Shown in pieces: positions 1 through 8,121 of a stretch of DNA of 64,000 nt. Positions within the stretch are counted from its first letter, which is position 1; every line of letters begins with the position of its first letter. This DNA comes from a virus. The notes beneath the pieces are model-generated. The model did no database searches, had not been told where the DNA came from, and saw nothing but the letters and a program-made list of their open reading frames with translations. The stretch is taken from the IMG/VR virus record IMGVR_UViG_3300021440_000003, positions 8,402 to 72,401 of that record; one strand, 5' to 3'. A program made the translations under genes and the position numbers.

Positions 1-1
1 G

Positions 2-253
2 CAAGGCCGACAGGCTGCGACCTACCTTGTCAAGCACCGATTCGCCGAGTTCATCGGCCAGAGCGTGCTAATCACCGCGAGCGGACGCAACCACTTGGCC
101 AAGATCAATGGTGACCCCGACTTTGCTGTGGCCCAGCCGCGCCAGGTGTTCCACACCGGGCAGTATGTGCCCAAGGCATGGCATACGAGGGAGGGTTCGC
201 AGCAAGCGGGCCAGCTCCCCAGCTTGCTCTTTGGAAAGCAACATGCAGCCTAA
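2..253 (+). CDS. hypothetical early protein, 5'-truncated by window edge
   Basis: Frame is open from position 2 to TAA at 253 and overlaps the next ATG (243), as in the rest of this packed operon. Confidence 0.55.
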   Translation, partial: QGRQAATYLVKHRFAEFIGQSVLITASGRNHLAKINGDPDFAVAQPRQVFHTGQYVPKAWHTREGSQQAGQLPSLLFGKQHAA

Positions 254-431
254 CCCCATCACCTTGCCTGTCAAGCAAGACAGGTGCCTCGGATACCAGT
301 GCGCTGTGACCAGCCAGTGCGCCCGGTTCTCGTTTCACATCTGGCAAACCTTCGGACCCAAGACCAAGCAAGTTGCGCGGTACTGTGGCCCGGAACCCAA
401 ACCAACCCCCATCCTTCTGGAGAAAACATGA
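243..431 (+). CDS. small Cys-containing hypothetical protein (MQPNPITLP...)
   Basis: ATG at 243 after GGAAAG; stop overlaps the next start (ATGA); C-x4-C-x5-C pattern. Confidence 0.55.
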   Translation: MQPNPITLPVKQDRCLGYQCAVTSQCARFSFHIWQTFGPKTKQVARYCGPEPKPTPILLEKT

Positions 432-640
432 CCTTCACCGTTTCCTACGACCGCCCCCTGCCCGCAGCCCGTACCCGCTCGCCCATGACCGCCGCCTTGA
501 TGGAGATGCGTGTCGGCGGCAGCATTTCGCCCCTGACCAAATCTCAAGCCGCCAACGCGACTGCCTTCCTGCGCAAGCTCGGCGGCAAGGGCGCGATGCA
601 CAAGGAAGGCGACACCTACACCGTGTTCAAGACCGCTTGA
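428..640 (+). CDS. small basic hypothetical protein, possibly DNA-binding (MTFTVSYDRPLP...)
   Basis: GGAG RBS then ATG at 428; coupled to flanking ORFs. Confidence 0.65.
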   Translation: MTFTVSYDRPLPAARTRSPMTAALMEMRVGGSISPLTKSQAANATAFLRKLGGKGAMHKEGDTYTVFKTA

Positions 641-948
641 GCGATCGAGTAGTCGCCCTCTACAGGTTGTGGAACGAGGCGCACCGCGCCTTGTCCACGG
701 GGGCAACCCTGCCTGTGGTGTGCGACGATCAACTGGTGCGCAGGACCTGGGCAGAGCTCCTGCCCGGCCTGATGCAGCAACCCGAGGTGCAAAATGCTGT
801 GCTGGCCAGCTTGACCCCGCACCTGCGCCTCGCCCTAGCCGAAGCATACATGCTGGCACATGCTGCCCGTGTTGTCGAAAAAGGAACCCACCATGAAGAT
901 CAAGATGTTGACGGCAGCCCGCCGTCTTTTCAATTCCCCCTACGTTAG
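637..948 (+). CDS. hypothetical protein
   Basis: TTG start overlaps the previous TGA; phage-like codon usage. Confidence 0.5.
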   Translation: MSDRVVALYRLWNEAHRALSTGATLPVVCDDQLVRRTWAELLPGLMQQPEVQNAVLASLTPHLRLALAEAYMLAHAARVVEKGTHHEDQDVDGSPPSFQFPLR

Positions 949-1048
949 CCCTGAGATCAACCGAGCCAACCAGCGAAAGTGGGTCCGCTCCGTGCGCGAC
1001 CTTGGAGACAAGTGGTTGCTTGCCAAGTACCAAGGGAGGACCGCTTGA
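893..1048 (+). CDS. small phage hypothetical protein (MKIKMLTAARRLF...KWLLA)
   Basis: AAGGA RBS then ATG at 893; TGATG coupling to the next gene. Confidence 0.65.
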   Translation: MKIKMLTAARRLFNSPYVSPEINRANQRKWVRSVRDLGDKWLLAKYQGRTA

Positions 1049-1407
1049 TGGGCCACTACAGCGACTCGGAGCTGGTGGGCGTGGCCTTGGCCTCCATGAA
1101 GGCCACAGGCGTGCGCATCGTCAACCAGCTGGACCCGTCCAGTGACGAGGACGAACGACTGCTGGATGTGGCGCTGGATGAGCTTGAAAACTTCATCCAC
1201 GCGAACCACGTGACGTACGGTCCTCTTTACGAGGCCCCGCACCAGGCCATCATGGACGCCATTACCTTGGGCGGCTTTGTGGCCTGCCCTACAGCGCAGA
1301 CAGCCAAAGACTTGTTTGCGATTTTCAACATCCACGGCGAGACGTATGCCAGCGGGCTGTACGCCGAGATGTATCTCGACGGGCACCTCGTGGGAGAGAA
1401 CACATGA
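1048..1407 (+). CDS. acidic hypothetical protein
   Basis: GGAGG RBS then ATG at 1048; ATGA coupling downstream. Confidence 0.65.
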   Translation: MGHYSDSELVGVALASMKATGVRIVNQLDPSSDEDERLLDVALDELENFIHANHVTYGPLYEAPHQAIMDAITLGGFVACPTAQTAKDLFAIFNIHGETYASGLYAEMYLDGHLVGENT

Positions 1408-1544
1408 ACAACTCCGGCATCACCACCGCCGCCATCGTCCTGCTCATTGCGACAGCGGTGGCGAGCTACCTGGCTCTCCTGCTTGCCATCGACATGACGA
1501 TTGACCTGTACCACAAGTTGACTTCAAAGAAGGACCCGAATTGA
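1404..1544 (+). CDS. small single-TM membrane protein (46 aa; below ORF-track cutoff)
   Basis: MNNSGITTAAIVLLIATAVASYLALLLAIDM...; GGAG RBS; overlapping start and stop. Confidence 0.55.
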   Translation: MNNSGITTAAIVLLIATAVASYLALLLAIDMTIDLYHKLTSKKDPN

Positions 1545-1711
1545 CCTACATCCTTGCGGCACTGGCCGCCATCTTCGCCGTGGCCGCGTACCTGTGCATG
1601 CTCACCAGCATGACTGGCACTCAGAGCAAGTTGAAAACCACAGCCGCCTTGGCTTGTGTGGCAGGTTCCTTCGCTTGCGCGGTAACACTTGCTTGGAGGG
1701 TACTGGCATGA
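1541..1711 (+). CDS. small two-TM membrane protein (56 aa)
   Basis: TTG start after AAGGA; MTYILAALAAIFAVAAYLCML...; stop overlaps ATG 1708. Confidence 0.55.
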   Translation: MTYILAALAAIFAVAAYLCMLTSMTGTQSKLKTTAALACVAGSFACAVTLAWRVLA

Positions 1712-2331
1712 CCGAGATCACGATTGACAAAGCAGTGCTGGAGCAGACGCTTGATGCGCTGGAGAGCGTAGAAGCTCTGATTGAATACCAGTACACCGGA
1801 ACGCGCGACGGTATGTCCTATCTGCAAAACACAACAGATGATGCACAGGAGGCGCTGATCACCCTCCGCACCGCCATAGAGCAGGCGGCGCATGGCCCCT
1901 GTGACGGGGGCGAAATTTGCCTTGGTTGCTCTCCGCGAAATCCAGACGGTAGCTGCCCAGATGCGCCACGCACGCCGCAAGAGTGCGTGGCCGCAAGCGC
2001 CGCCATTGAGCGCAACGCCATCGAGCAAGCTGAGGTGTTCCAGCCACTTGCAACTGTGTGGAGATGGGTCGCCATCAAAGACGGAAAAGCCATCTACCAG
2101 TACAGCGACAAAGGCTATCCGCACTTGTTCCGTCACAGTGCCGTGCAGTTGCCGACTGAGGTGGATACAGCCAAGCCGCTGACGGATGAGCAAGACCTGT
2201 TCGAGCAGCATATCCGTGCTTGCACAGTACACCACGAAGCCGCGCTACGAAAAGATGAGCACGGTCGATACAGCATGTGGATGACCAAGTTGCGCTGGGC
2301 GACTTGGCAAGAAGCTAGGAGAACGAAATGA
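1708..2331 (+). CDS. hypothetical protein, mosaic phage early-gene type
   Basis: GGAGG RBS then ATG at 1708 (MTEITIDKAVLEQ...). Confidence 0.65.
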   Translation: MTEITIDKAVLEQTLDALESVEALIEYQYTGTRDGMSYLQNTTDDAQEALITLRTAIEQAAHGPCDGGEICLGCSPRNPDGSCPDAPRTPQECVAASAAIERNAIEQAEVFQPLATVWRWVAIKDGKAIYQYSDKGYPHLFRHSAVQLPTEVDTAKPLTDEQDLFEQHIRACTVHHEAALRKDEHGRYSMWMTKLRWATWQEARRTK

Positions 2332-2564
2332 AGATAGCAACGCTACTGCTAACCGTAGCCCTTGCTGGCTGCGAAGTTGATTCAACAAAGGTAGATCAAT
2401 GTATGCGCCGGGAGATTTTCAACGAGTGCTTGAAAACAATACCCGCAGGGCCGACTAAGGCACACTACAACGACTGGAGCGAAGTCGTCGGCAAGTGCGA
2501 GGATGCCGCGTACTACCAAAGCTTGCGAAAAACAACGCAGATAAAACCGGAGTGCAGAACTTGA
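2328..2564 (+). CDS. small lipoprotein
   Basis: MKIATLLLTVALAG-C lipobox; additional Cys residues in the mature part; AGGAG RBS. Confidence 0.75.
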   Translation: MKIATLLLTVALAGCEVDSTKVDQCMRREIFNECLKTIPAGPTKAHYNDWSEVVGKCEDAAYYQSLRKTTQIKPECRT

Positions 2565-2644
2565 ACACCAAGGTCAATCCTCCCCTTAAAGGGAGGTAAA
2601 AAAATACTTCACGCACAACGCAAATATGTTGTATGATTTGGCAC

Positions 2645-2782
2645 ATGGACAAGATGATTCGCACCAACTACTACTTCCCGCGCCAGATGCTAGACGCGCT
2701 CAAAGCCGCAGCGGAGAAGCACGGGTTGCCAATCAGCGAGCTCATTCGCCGTGCAATCACGGAGTGGCTAAAATGCAACTGA
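2645..2782 (+). CDS. ribbon-helix-helix (CopG-like) DNA-binding protein
   Basis: MDKMIRTNYYFPRQMLDALKAAAEKHGLPISELIRRAITEWLK is a typical RHH strand plus two helices; upstream TTCACG...TATGAT promoter-like boxes. Confidence 0.8.
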   Translation: MDKMIRTNYYFPRQMLDALKAAAEKHGLPISELIRRAITEWLKCN

Positions 2783-3809
2783 CCTACAAGTTCCGTTTAC
2801 GTGATACCTGCGACAGTGAACTTCGCAGGCAAGCCCGCTCCGTCAACCTTGTTTGGAATTACTGCAACGAACGCCAGAAGGAAGCCGTCAACAAGGGACG
2901 CAAATGGCCCAGCAAGTACGACTTGCAAAAGTTGACAGCAGGAAGCTCGAAAGAACTTGACATACACGCGCACACCATTCAGGGTGTTTGCCGCAAGTAC
3001 GACGACAGCCGTAGGACACACAAGAAAGCCTCCCTGCGCTGGCGTAGCAACAAGAAGTCGCTCGGTTGGGTGCCATTCAACCAAGGCACCGTAAGGTACA
3101 GCAATGGGTCGTTCTGGTTCCGTGGGCGCGAATACAAGGCATGGGTCAGCCGCGACCTCCAAGAAGGTAAGACGTTTGGGGCTGGTTCGTTTAATCAAGA
3201 CTCTCAGGGTCGTTGGTATATCAACCTGCCCGTAAAAGTCGAATGCTTGCAAACCGCACAAGGCGACGCCATTGGGGTTGACCTTGGTCTAAAGGAATTG
3301 GCTGCAATCAGCAACGGAAGCAAGATTGAGCACCCTACTCACTACCGCCGCATGGAGCAGCGCATTGCCACGGCTCAGCGAGCAAAGAAAAAGAAGCAAG
3401 TCAAAAAGTTGCATGTCAAGGTAAAAACCAACGCAATGACTTCTTGCACAAAGAATCAACCAAGCTGGTAAAGCAGCATGGTGCGATATTCGTCGGCAAC
3501 GTAAAGCCATCCGCCATCGCCAAAACCCGCATGAGTAAATCAGCACTCGATGCTGGTTGGGCAATGTTTAAGCAGAAACTTCAGTACAAAGCCATTAGGC
3601 ATGGAGTTATGTTTGCGGAGGTCAACGAAGCCTATTCAACCCAGACCTGTTCTTCATGCGGAAGCGTGGAGGGGCCGAAAGGTGTCGCAGGCCTTGGAAT
3701 AAGGCGATGGACGTGTAGTTGTGGCGCGGAACATGACCGCGACACAAACGCTGCACAGAACATTGCCCGCAAAGGACTATTTGCGCTTGCAGAAGGAGCC
3801 TCAGCATGA
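2773..3809 (+). pseudogene. tnpB: TnpB RNA-guided endonuclease, split by a 1-nt frameshift in the A-run 3423-3427 (real or sequencing error)
   Basis: TYKFRL start, VWNY, RuvC-I GVDLG, Zn finger CSSC...CSCG, RuvC-III DRDTNAA. ORFs 2773-3471 and 3444-3809 join if one A is added. Confidence 0.85.
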
Positions 3810-3875
3810 GCACAGATTCTCAAAAGAATCCCCGTGCCTTAGCGCGGGGAGTAGTCAATGGACTTGGTACTGGCC
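3720..3875 (+). ncRNA. predicted omegaRNA/reRNA of TnpB element 1 (5' limit approximate; guide is the flank after 3858)
   Basis: TnpB guide RNAs are known to derive from the element right end; the right-end hairpin is visible here. Confidence 0.45.
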
Positions 3876-3905
3876 TGAGAACGCTCGGGTGGAAAGGCGT
3901 GCGCC

Positions 3906-4121
3906 GTGAGCAAGACACTTTGGAAGTGGGAGCAGAACGGCAACGGCGGCGAGAACGGCACAGCCACCTACTTCCCCGGAACCGTTTACGAGATCAGCGT
4001 GCAACTACCCACGTTCATCGAGGCGAACCACCTCTACGGTTGCATCGCTGCGACAATCCGCGACGAGCGACTTGCTGCGAGGGGTGAGCTGCTTGCTCAG
4101 ATCGGGAGGTTGAAGCCATGA
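3906..4121 (+). CDS. hypothetical protein (MSKTLWKWEQNG...)
   Basis: GTG start; ATGA coupling to 4118. Confidence 0.6.
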   Translation: MSKTLWKWEQNGNGGENGTATYFPGTVYEISVQLPTFIEANHLYGCIAATIRDERLAARGELLAQIGRLKP

Positions 4122-4315
4122 GCGACAATCTACACCCCACCGAGCAGGTCACCACGCTCTACGACCCGCTCACTAACCCACCGCCCAAAGGGGTGAGCTT
4201 GCTGCTCATCAACGAGGGCGGCGTGCTTATCATCGGCCAGTGGTACGAAGGTGCACTGGCCTGGGGCTGAAAACAGTTAGTAGAAATCTAACAAAGTCTG
4301 CTACAATCGGCTCCT

Positions 4316-4921
4316 ATGGAAAAAAGATTAGTCAAAATTGGTGAAGCGGCAGCGCTGTTGGGCGTGGCCGTCAGCACTATGCGCAAGTGGGAATCCACGG
4401 GTGAGTTGTTGCCAGACCGCAAGACGGCCGGTGGCACGCGCTACTACGACCCTGCGAAACTTGCCGGGCTTGGCGACGCGGATGCACCGACCGTGGGCTA
4501 CGCCAGAGTCAGCCGCCACGACCAGAAAGAAGACCTGGAGCGCCAGCACGCCATGCTAGAAGCATATTGCGCAGCCAAAGGTTGGCGCAGTGAGGTCATC
4601 AAAGACCTTGGCTCCGGCATGAACTACCGCAAGAAGGGGTTGAACCAGCTGCTAGAAATGATTTTGCGCAAGCAAATGAAACGCCTGGTTATCACGCACA
4701 AAGACCGGTTGCTTCGTTTTGGTAGTGAGTTGGTGTTTGCGTTGTGCGCCCACCAGCAAATCGAAATAATCATCATCCACAAAGGCGACGAGCCTTCGTT
4801 TGAAGAAGACTTGGCCAAGGATGTACTGGAAATCATCACCGTGTTCTCAGCCCGCCTGTACGGAAGTCGCAGCAAAAAGAACAAACAACTGATGGATGCG
4901 CTCAGCGCCGCTGTAAAGTAA
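4316..4921 (+). CDS. tnpA: IS607 transposase (MerR-type HTH + serine recombinase)
   Basis: IGEAAALLGVAVSTMRKW HTH; YARVS catalytic Ser; DLGSG, DRLLRFG, FSARLYG motifs. Confidence 0.95.
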   Translation: MEKRLVKIGEAAALLGVAVSTMRKWESTGELLPDRKTAGGTRYYDPAKLAGLGDADAPTVGYARVSRHDQKEDLERQHAMLEAYCAAKGWRSEVIKDLGSGMNYRKKGLNQLLEMILRKQMKRLVITHKDRLLRFGSELVFALCAHQQIEIIIIHKGDEPSFEEDLAKDVLEIITVFSARLYGSRSKKNKQLMDALSAAVK

Positions 4922-4924
4922 ATC

Positions 4925-6127
4925 ATGCACCGCGCCCACAAGATAAAACTGCAACCAACAAAGGCTCAAGAGCAATACCTTGCTCGCGCCTGCGGTGTGG
5001 CTCGGTTTGCATTTAATTGGGCATTGGCTGAGTGGAAAAAAGACTACGAGGCTGGTGGCAAGCCGTCCGAAGCGGCGTTGCGCAAGAAACTTAACAGCAT
5101 TAAGGCGACCGAGTTTCCGTGGATGGCGGATGTCACCAAGTGCGCACCGCAACAAGCCATCAAGAACGTCGGTGCCGCATTCCAGCACTTCTTCCGGCGT
5201 GTCAAGCAAGGCGGAAAACCTGGCTACCCTAAGTTCAAACGCAAAGGCCAACACGACAGTTTCCGTGCCGACAACGGGCCTGCTGACGCCAACAGCAATG
5301 CCGTGGAGTGTGACGGCAAGACCATCAAACTGCCACGCTGTGGCACGGTCAAGATGCGCGAGTTGTTGCGCTTCTCTGGCCGCACACTGTCTGCCACCGT
5401 TAGCAAACAAGCCGATGGCTGGTATGTCACCGTTTTGGTTGACACCTCAGACATGCTGACTGGCCCCTTGGGTGGGGGCGTTGTTGGCGTTGACCTCGGC
5501 ATTAAGAATCTGGCGGTGCTAAGCACTGGCGAAGTGCTGGCACCGCTCAAACCGCACCGCGCCTTGCACACCCGCTTGGTGCGTTTATCCCGTAGTCTCA
5601 GCCGCAAGAAAAAAGGCAGCAGCAACCGAGCCAAAGCGAAAACCAAGCTGGCAAAGTTGCACAAGCGTATCGCGGACATCCGTGTTGATGCGCTGCACAA
5701 GCTGACCAACCGTCTTGCAACTGAGTTTGACACCATCGCCGTTGAAGACCTGAACGTGAAAGGAATGGTGCGTAACCGCCACCTTGCCCGCAGCGTGTCC
5801 GATGCTGGGTTTGGCGAGTTCCGCAGCCAGCTTGCATACAAGTCTGCAATGACTGGTGCATCAGTTTTTATCGTAGACCGCTTCTACCCATCGAGCAAGA
5901 CATGCTCTGCGTGCGGCGAAATCCATGATATGAAGCTGAGCGACCGTGTGATGGTGTGTGACTGCGGCAACGTGATGGACCGCGACCTGAATGCGGCCAT
6001 AAACCTAAAGAACAAGGCGGTCAGCTTGACCGTTTCAGCCTGTGGAGAGGATGGCTCTGGCCGTGGTAGCAATACCGCGACGAAACCAACCTCTATGAAG
6101 CAGGAAGATTTGGCTGCATTGTGTTGA
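4925..6127 (+). CDS. tnpB: TnpB RNA-guided endonuclease, intact
   Basis: ARFAFNW; RuvC triad GVDLG / VEDLNV / DRDLNAA; Zn finger CSAC...CDCG. Confidence 0.95.
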   Translation: MHRAHKIKLQPTKAQEQYLARACGVARFAFNWALAEWKKDYEAGGKPSEAALRKKLNSIKATEFPWMADVTKCAPQQAIKNVGAAFQHFFRRVKQGGKPGYPKFKRKGQHDSFRADNGPADANSNAVECDGKTIKLPRCGTVKMRELLRFSGRTLSATVSKQADGWYVTVLVDTSDMLTGPLGGGVVGVDLGIKNLAVLSTGEVLAPLKPHRALHTRLVRLSRSLSRKKKGSSNRAKAKTKLAKLHKRIADIRVDALHKLTNRLATEFDTIAVEDLNVKGMVRNRHLARSVSDAGFGEFRSQLAYKSAMTGASVFIVDRFYPSSKTCSACGEIHDMKLSDRVMVCDCGNVMDRDLNAAINLKNKAVSLTVSACGEDGSGRGSNTATKPTSMKQEDLAALC

Positions 6128-6188
6128 AACATGCAGCTATATCAGAGCGGCTACAAGCCCCGCATACCAGAATCAGTAAAAAGACGCG

Positions 6189-7571
6189 ATGCTAGACAAC
6201 CTGCTACAACAGATCAAACTCCCATTCGACCTGAAGCCCAAGCAACGTGATGCTATAGAAAACATAGCGCAGTTTGACCGGGGAGGCTTGTTCACGGATG
6301 TGGGCACCGGCAAGACTGTGATGGCCACCTTGATCGCCATGATCTGGAGGCCACGCAAGGTGTTCATCGCCATGCCCCCGATCTTGCTTGACCAGTGGGC
6401 TGATTGGCTTGAGTCGATTGGCCAAACGGATGTGTCAATCTACCGGGGACCACGACGCAAGCCGGACCAACTTGACCACGCTTGGGTCCTCATGTCGCAC
6501 AACGTGTTCCGGGACTCCTTCGAGCACGTGAGAGACCGATTCGACGCGTCCCAAGACGTGTTGATTATGGAAGAAGCCCATGCGATGAAGAACCCGGGCA
6601 GCCAGCTGTTCAAGAAGGTGGGCAATGTCCTCATCCCGAAAGGCAAGGTCATCCTGCTCACCGGCACGCCCACCAGCAACCCGGGAGATGGCTACGCCTA
6701 CACCCGCATCAAGACCCCGGCTGTGTACCGCAGCAAGGGCCACTTCGACCGCATCCATGTGGCCGAGCGAGACATCTACAACAATGTGACCAAATGGAAG
6801 GACCTTGACCTGCTGTCCGCAAACTTGCACCTGCAAGCGGTCAAGCTGACCAAGGAAGACATTTTCGGGGACACCCCCGACCCGATCTACACCACCATGT
6901 CGTACAGGCTTGACCCGGCGCATGAGAAGCTCTACAACCAGCTGGCGGAGGAGCAGCTGCTGCTTCTGACGACCGGGGACAAGATTGACGCCACCACGGC
7001 CACCCGCTTGTACCACGCGCTCCAGCAGATCGTGGTCAACTGGTCGCACTTCGCCGCCCAGGACAAGCGCCCTGCGGCCTTCGACTTGCTTGACGAGGTG
7101 ATCGAGTCCACACAGTGCATGGACAAGAGCAAGACCAAGCTGTCGGTGTGGGTCAATTACCGCATGACAAACGAGGCCGTTGTCAAGTACCTTCGCGCCA
7201 AGTTCGGAGATCGAGCCATCGCAGCGGCATACGGCGACGTGGACTCATCCAAGGGTGTGCACGCCATCATGAACGACCCGGAATGCCGGATTCTGGTGGC
7301 GCACCCGAAGTCAGCCGGTGTGGGCCTCAACATGCAGCACGTCTCGCACGAGATGTTGTTTCTGGAGGCCAGCACGGTGCCCATGGAGATGAAGCAGACC
7401 ATCGGCCGCATCGACCGGGCGGGACAGACCAAGGTGCCGCATATCCGGTTCGCCCAGGCCAAGGGCACCATCCAGGTCAAGCTGTTCCGAGACTTGCTCT
7501 CGAAGGACGATTTGGTCTCACACGTGGAGAGGTCTCCTAAGTCCCTTCGCAATTCAATTTACGGGTCCTGA
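6189..7571 (+). CDS. SF2 (SNF2-like) DNA helicase
   Basis: GTGKT Walker A, EEAH motif II, TGTP motif III, GVGLN, QTIGRIDRAGQ motif VI. Confidence 0.9.
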   Translation: MLDNLLQQIKLPFDLKPKQRDAIENIAQFDRGGLFTDVGTGKTVMATLIAMIWRPRKVFIAMPPILLDQWADWLESIGQTDVSIYRGPRRKPDQLDHAWVLMSHNVFRDSFEHVRDRFDASQDVLIMEEAHAMKNPGSQLFKKVGNVLIPKGKVILLTGTPTSNPGDGYAYTRIKTPAVYRSKGHFDRIHVAERDIYNNVTKWKDLDLLSANLHLQAVKLTKEDIFGDTPDPIYTTMSYRLDPAHEKLYNQLAEEQLLLLTTGDKIDATTATRLYHALQQIVVNWSHFAAQDKRPAAFDLLDEVIESTQCMDKSKTKLSVWVNYRMTNEAVVKYLRAKFGDRAIAAAYGDVDSSKGVHAIMNDPECRILVAHPKSAGVGLNMQHVSHEMLFLEASTVPMEMKQTIGRIDRAGQTKVPHIRFAQAKGTIQVKLFRDLLSKDDLVSHVERSPKSLRNSIYGS

Positions 7572-7623
7572 CCCGCCCGGCTGTGATACAGTCGCGGCTT
7601 CGAAAAGAAAGACAACCTAGATC

Positions 7624-8121
7624 ATGGACCACGCAGTACGCAGTTCCTTAGAAAAACGCTTGACACGACAAGCCGCGCAGCAGAGCCTCAACGAGAGCGA
7701 ATACCTGCTGTACACCGGATGTACCCACTACGAAAGATACCTGTGCGGAGCAGGCAAGGTGCTTGCCCTGTGGCGGGTGCGTGACGGGCATCCGATCATC
7801 GAGAACATCTACCGGGTGGTCTCCGTGGCGGTTGATGCCTATGACGGGTTCTCGGCCAAGATCGTGGGCGATGATTGCTCTGAGCACCGCATCACCCACC
7901 ACCCCACACAGCTTGGCCAGAACACGATCTTTGCCAGCTTCCCCTTCTTCCCTGAGACCATGTACCAATCGGTCGGCGTCAACAGCCGAATGATGGTGCG
8001 TTTTCCTCTGGTGTTCCGGCAAGCATCAAGCCCGAGCGCTACCTCCGAGGGTACCCAACACCTGACAGACATTCCGCGATTGGTTGATCTGTTCCCCCAA
8101 TACGAAGGCGTTAAATTCTGA
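7624..8121 (+). CDS. hypothetical protein
   Basis: 165-aa ORF, TGATG-coupled to the primase. Confidence 0.65.
   Translation: MDHAVRSSLEKRLTRQAAQQSLNESEYLLYTGCTHYERYLCGAGKVLALWRVRDGHPIIENIYRVVSVAVDAYDGFSAKIVGDDCSEHRITHHPTQLGQNTIFASFPFFPETMYQSVGVNSRMMVRFPLVFRQASSPSATSEGTQHLTDIPRLVDLFPQYEGVKF

Larger units (their letters stand above)
2566..3858 (+). mobile_element. IS200/IS605-family (IS1341-like) non-autonomous element carrying an RHH gene and tnpB
   Basis: Left hairpin CCTCCC/GGGAGG (2579-2596) preceded by CAAT. Right hairpin (3830-3849) preceded by GAAT and followed by terminal TCAA (3855-3858), as in IS608. Inferred target TTGAA (2561-2565). Confidence 0.8.
4267..6150 (+). mobile_element. 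IS607-family insertion sequence (tnpA serine recombinase + tnpB)
   Basis: Both junctions share GG(CT): TGGGG|CTGA...GAGCGG|CTAC. Removal restores the host ORF; GG crossover is typical of IS607. Confidence 0.92.
4118..6250 (+). pseudogene. small phage hypothetical gene interrupted by the IS607 element
   Basis: Joining 4118-4266 to 6151-6250 restores an 82-aa ORF: ...PPPKGVSLLLINEGGVLIIGQWYEGALAWG|YKPRIPESVK... Confidence 0.8.

Noticed and set aside
4267-4315. IStron (self-splicing IS607)
   Set aside because: Only about 50 nt lie between the left end and tnpA, leaving no room for a group I intron core.
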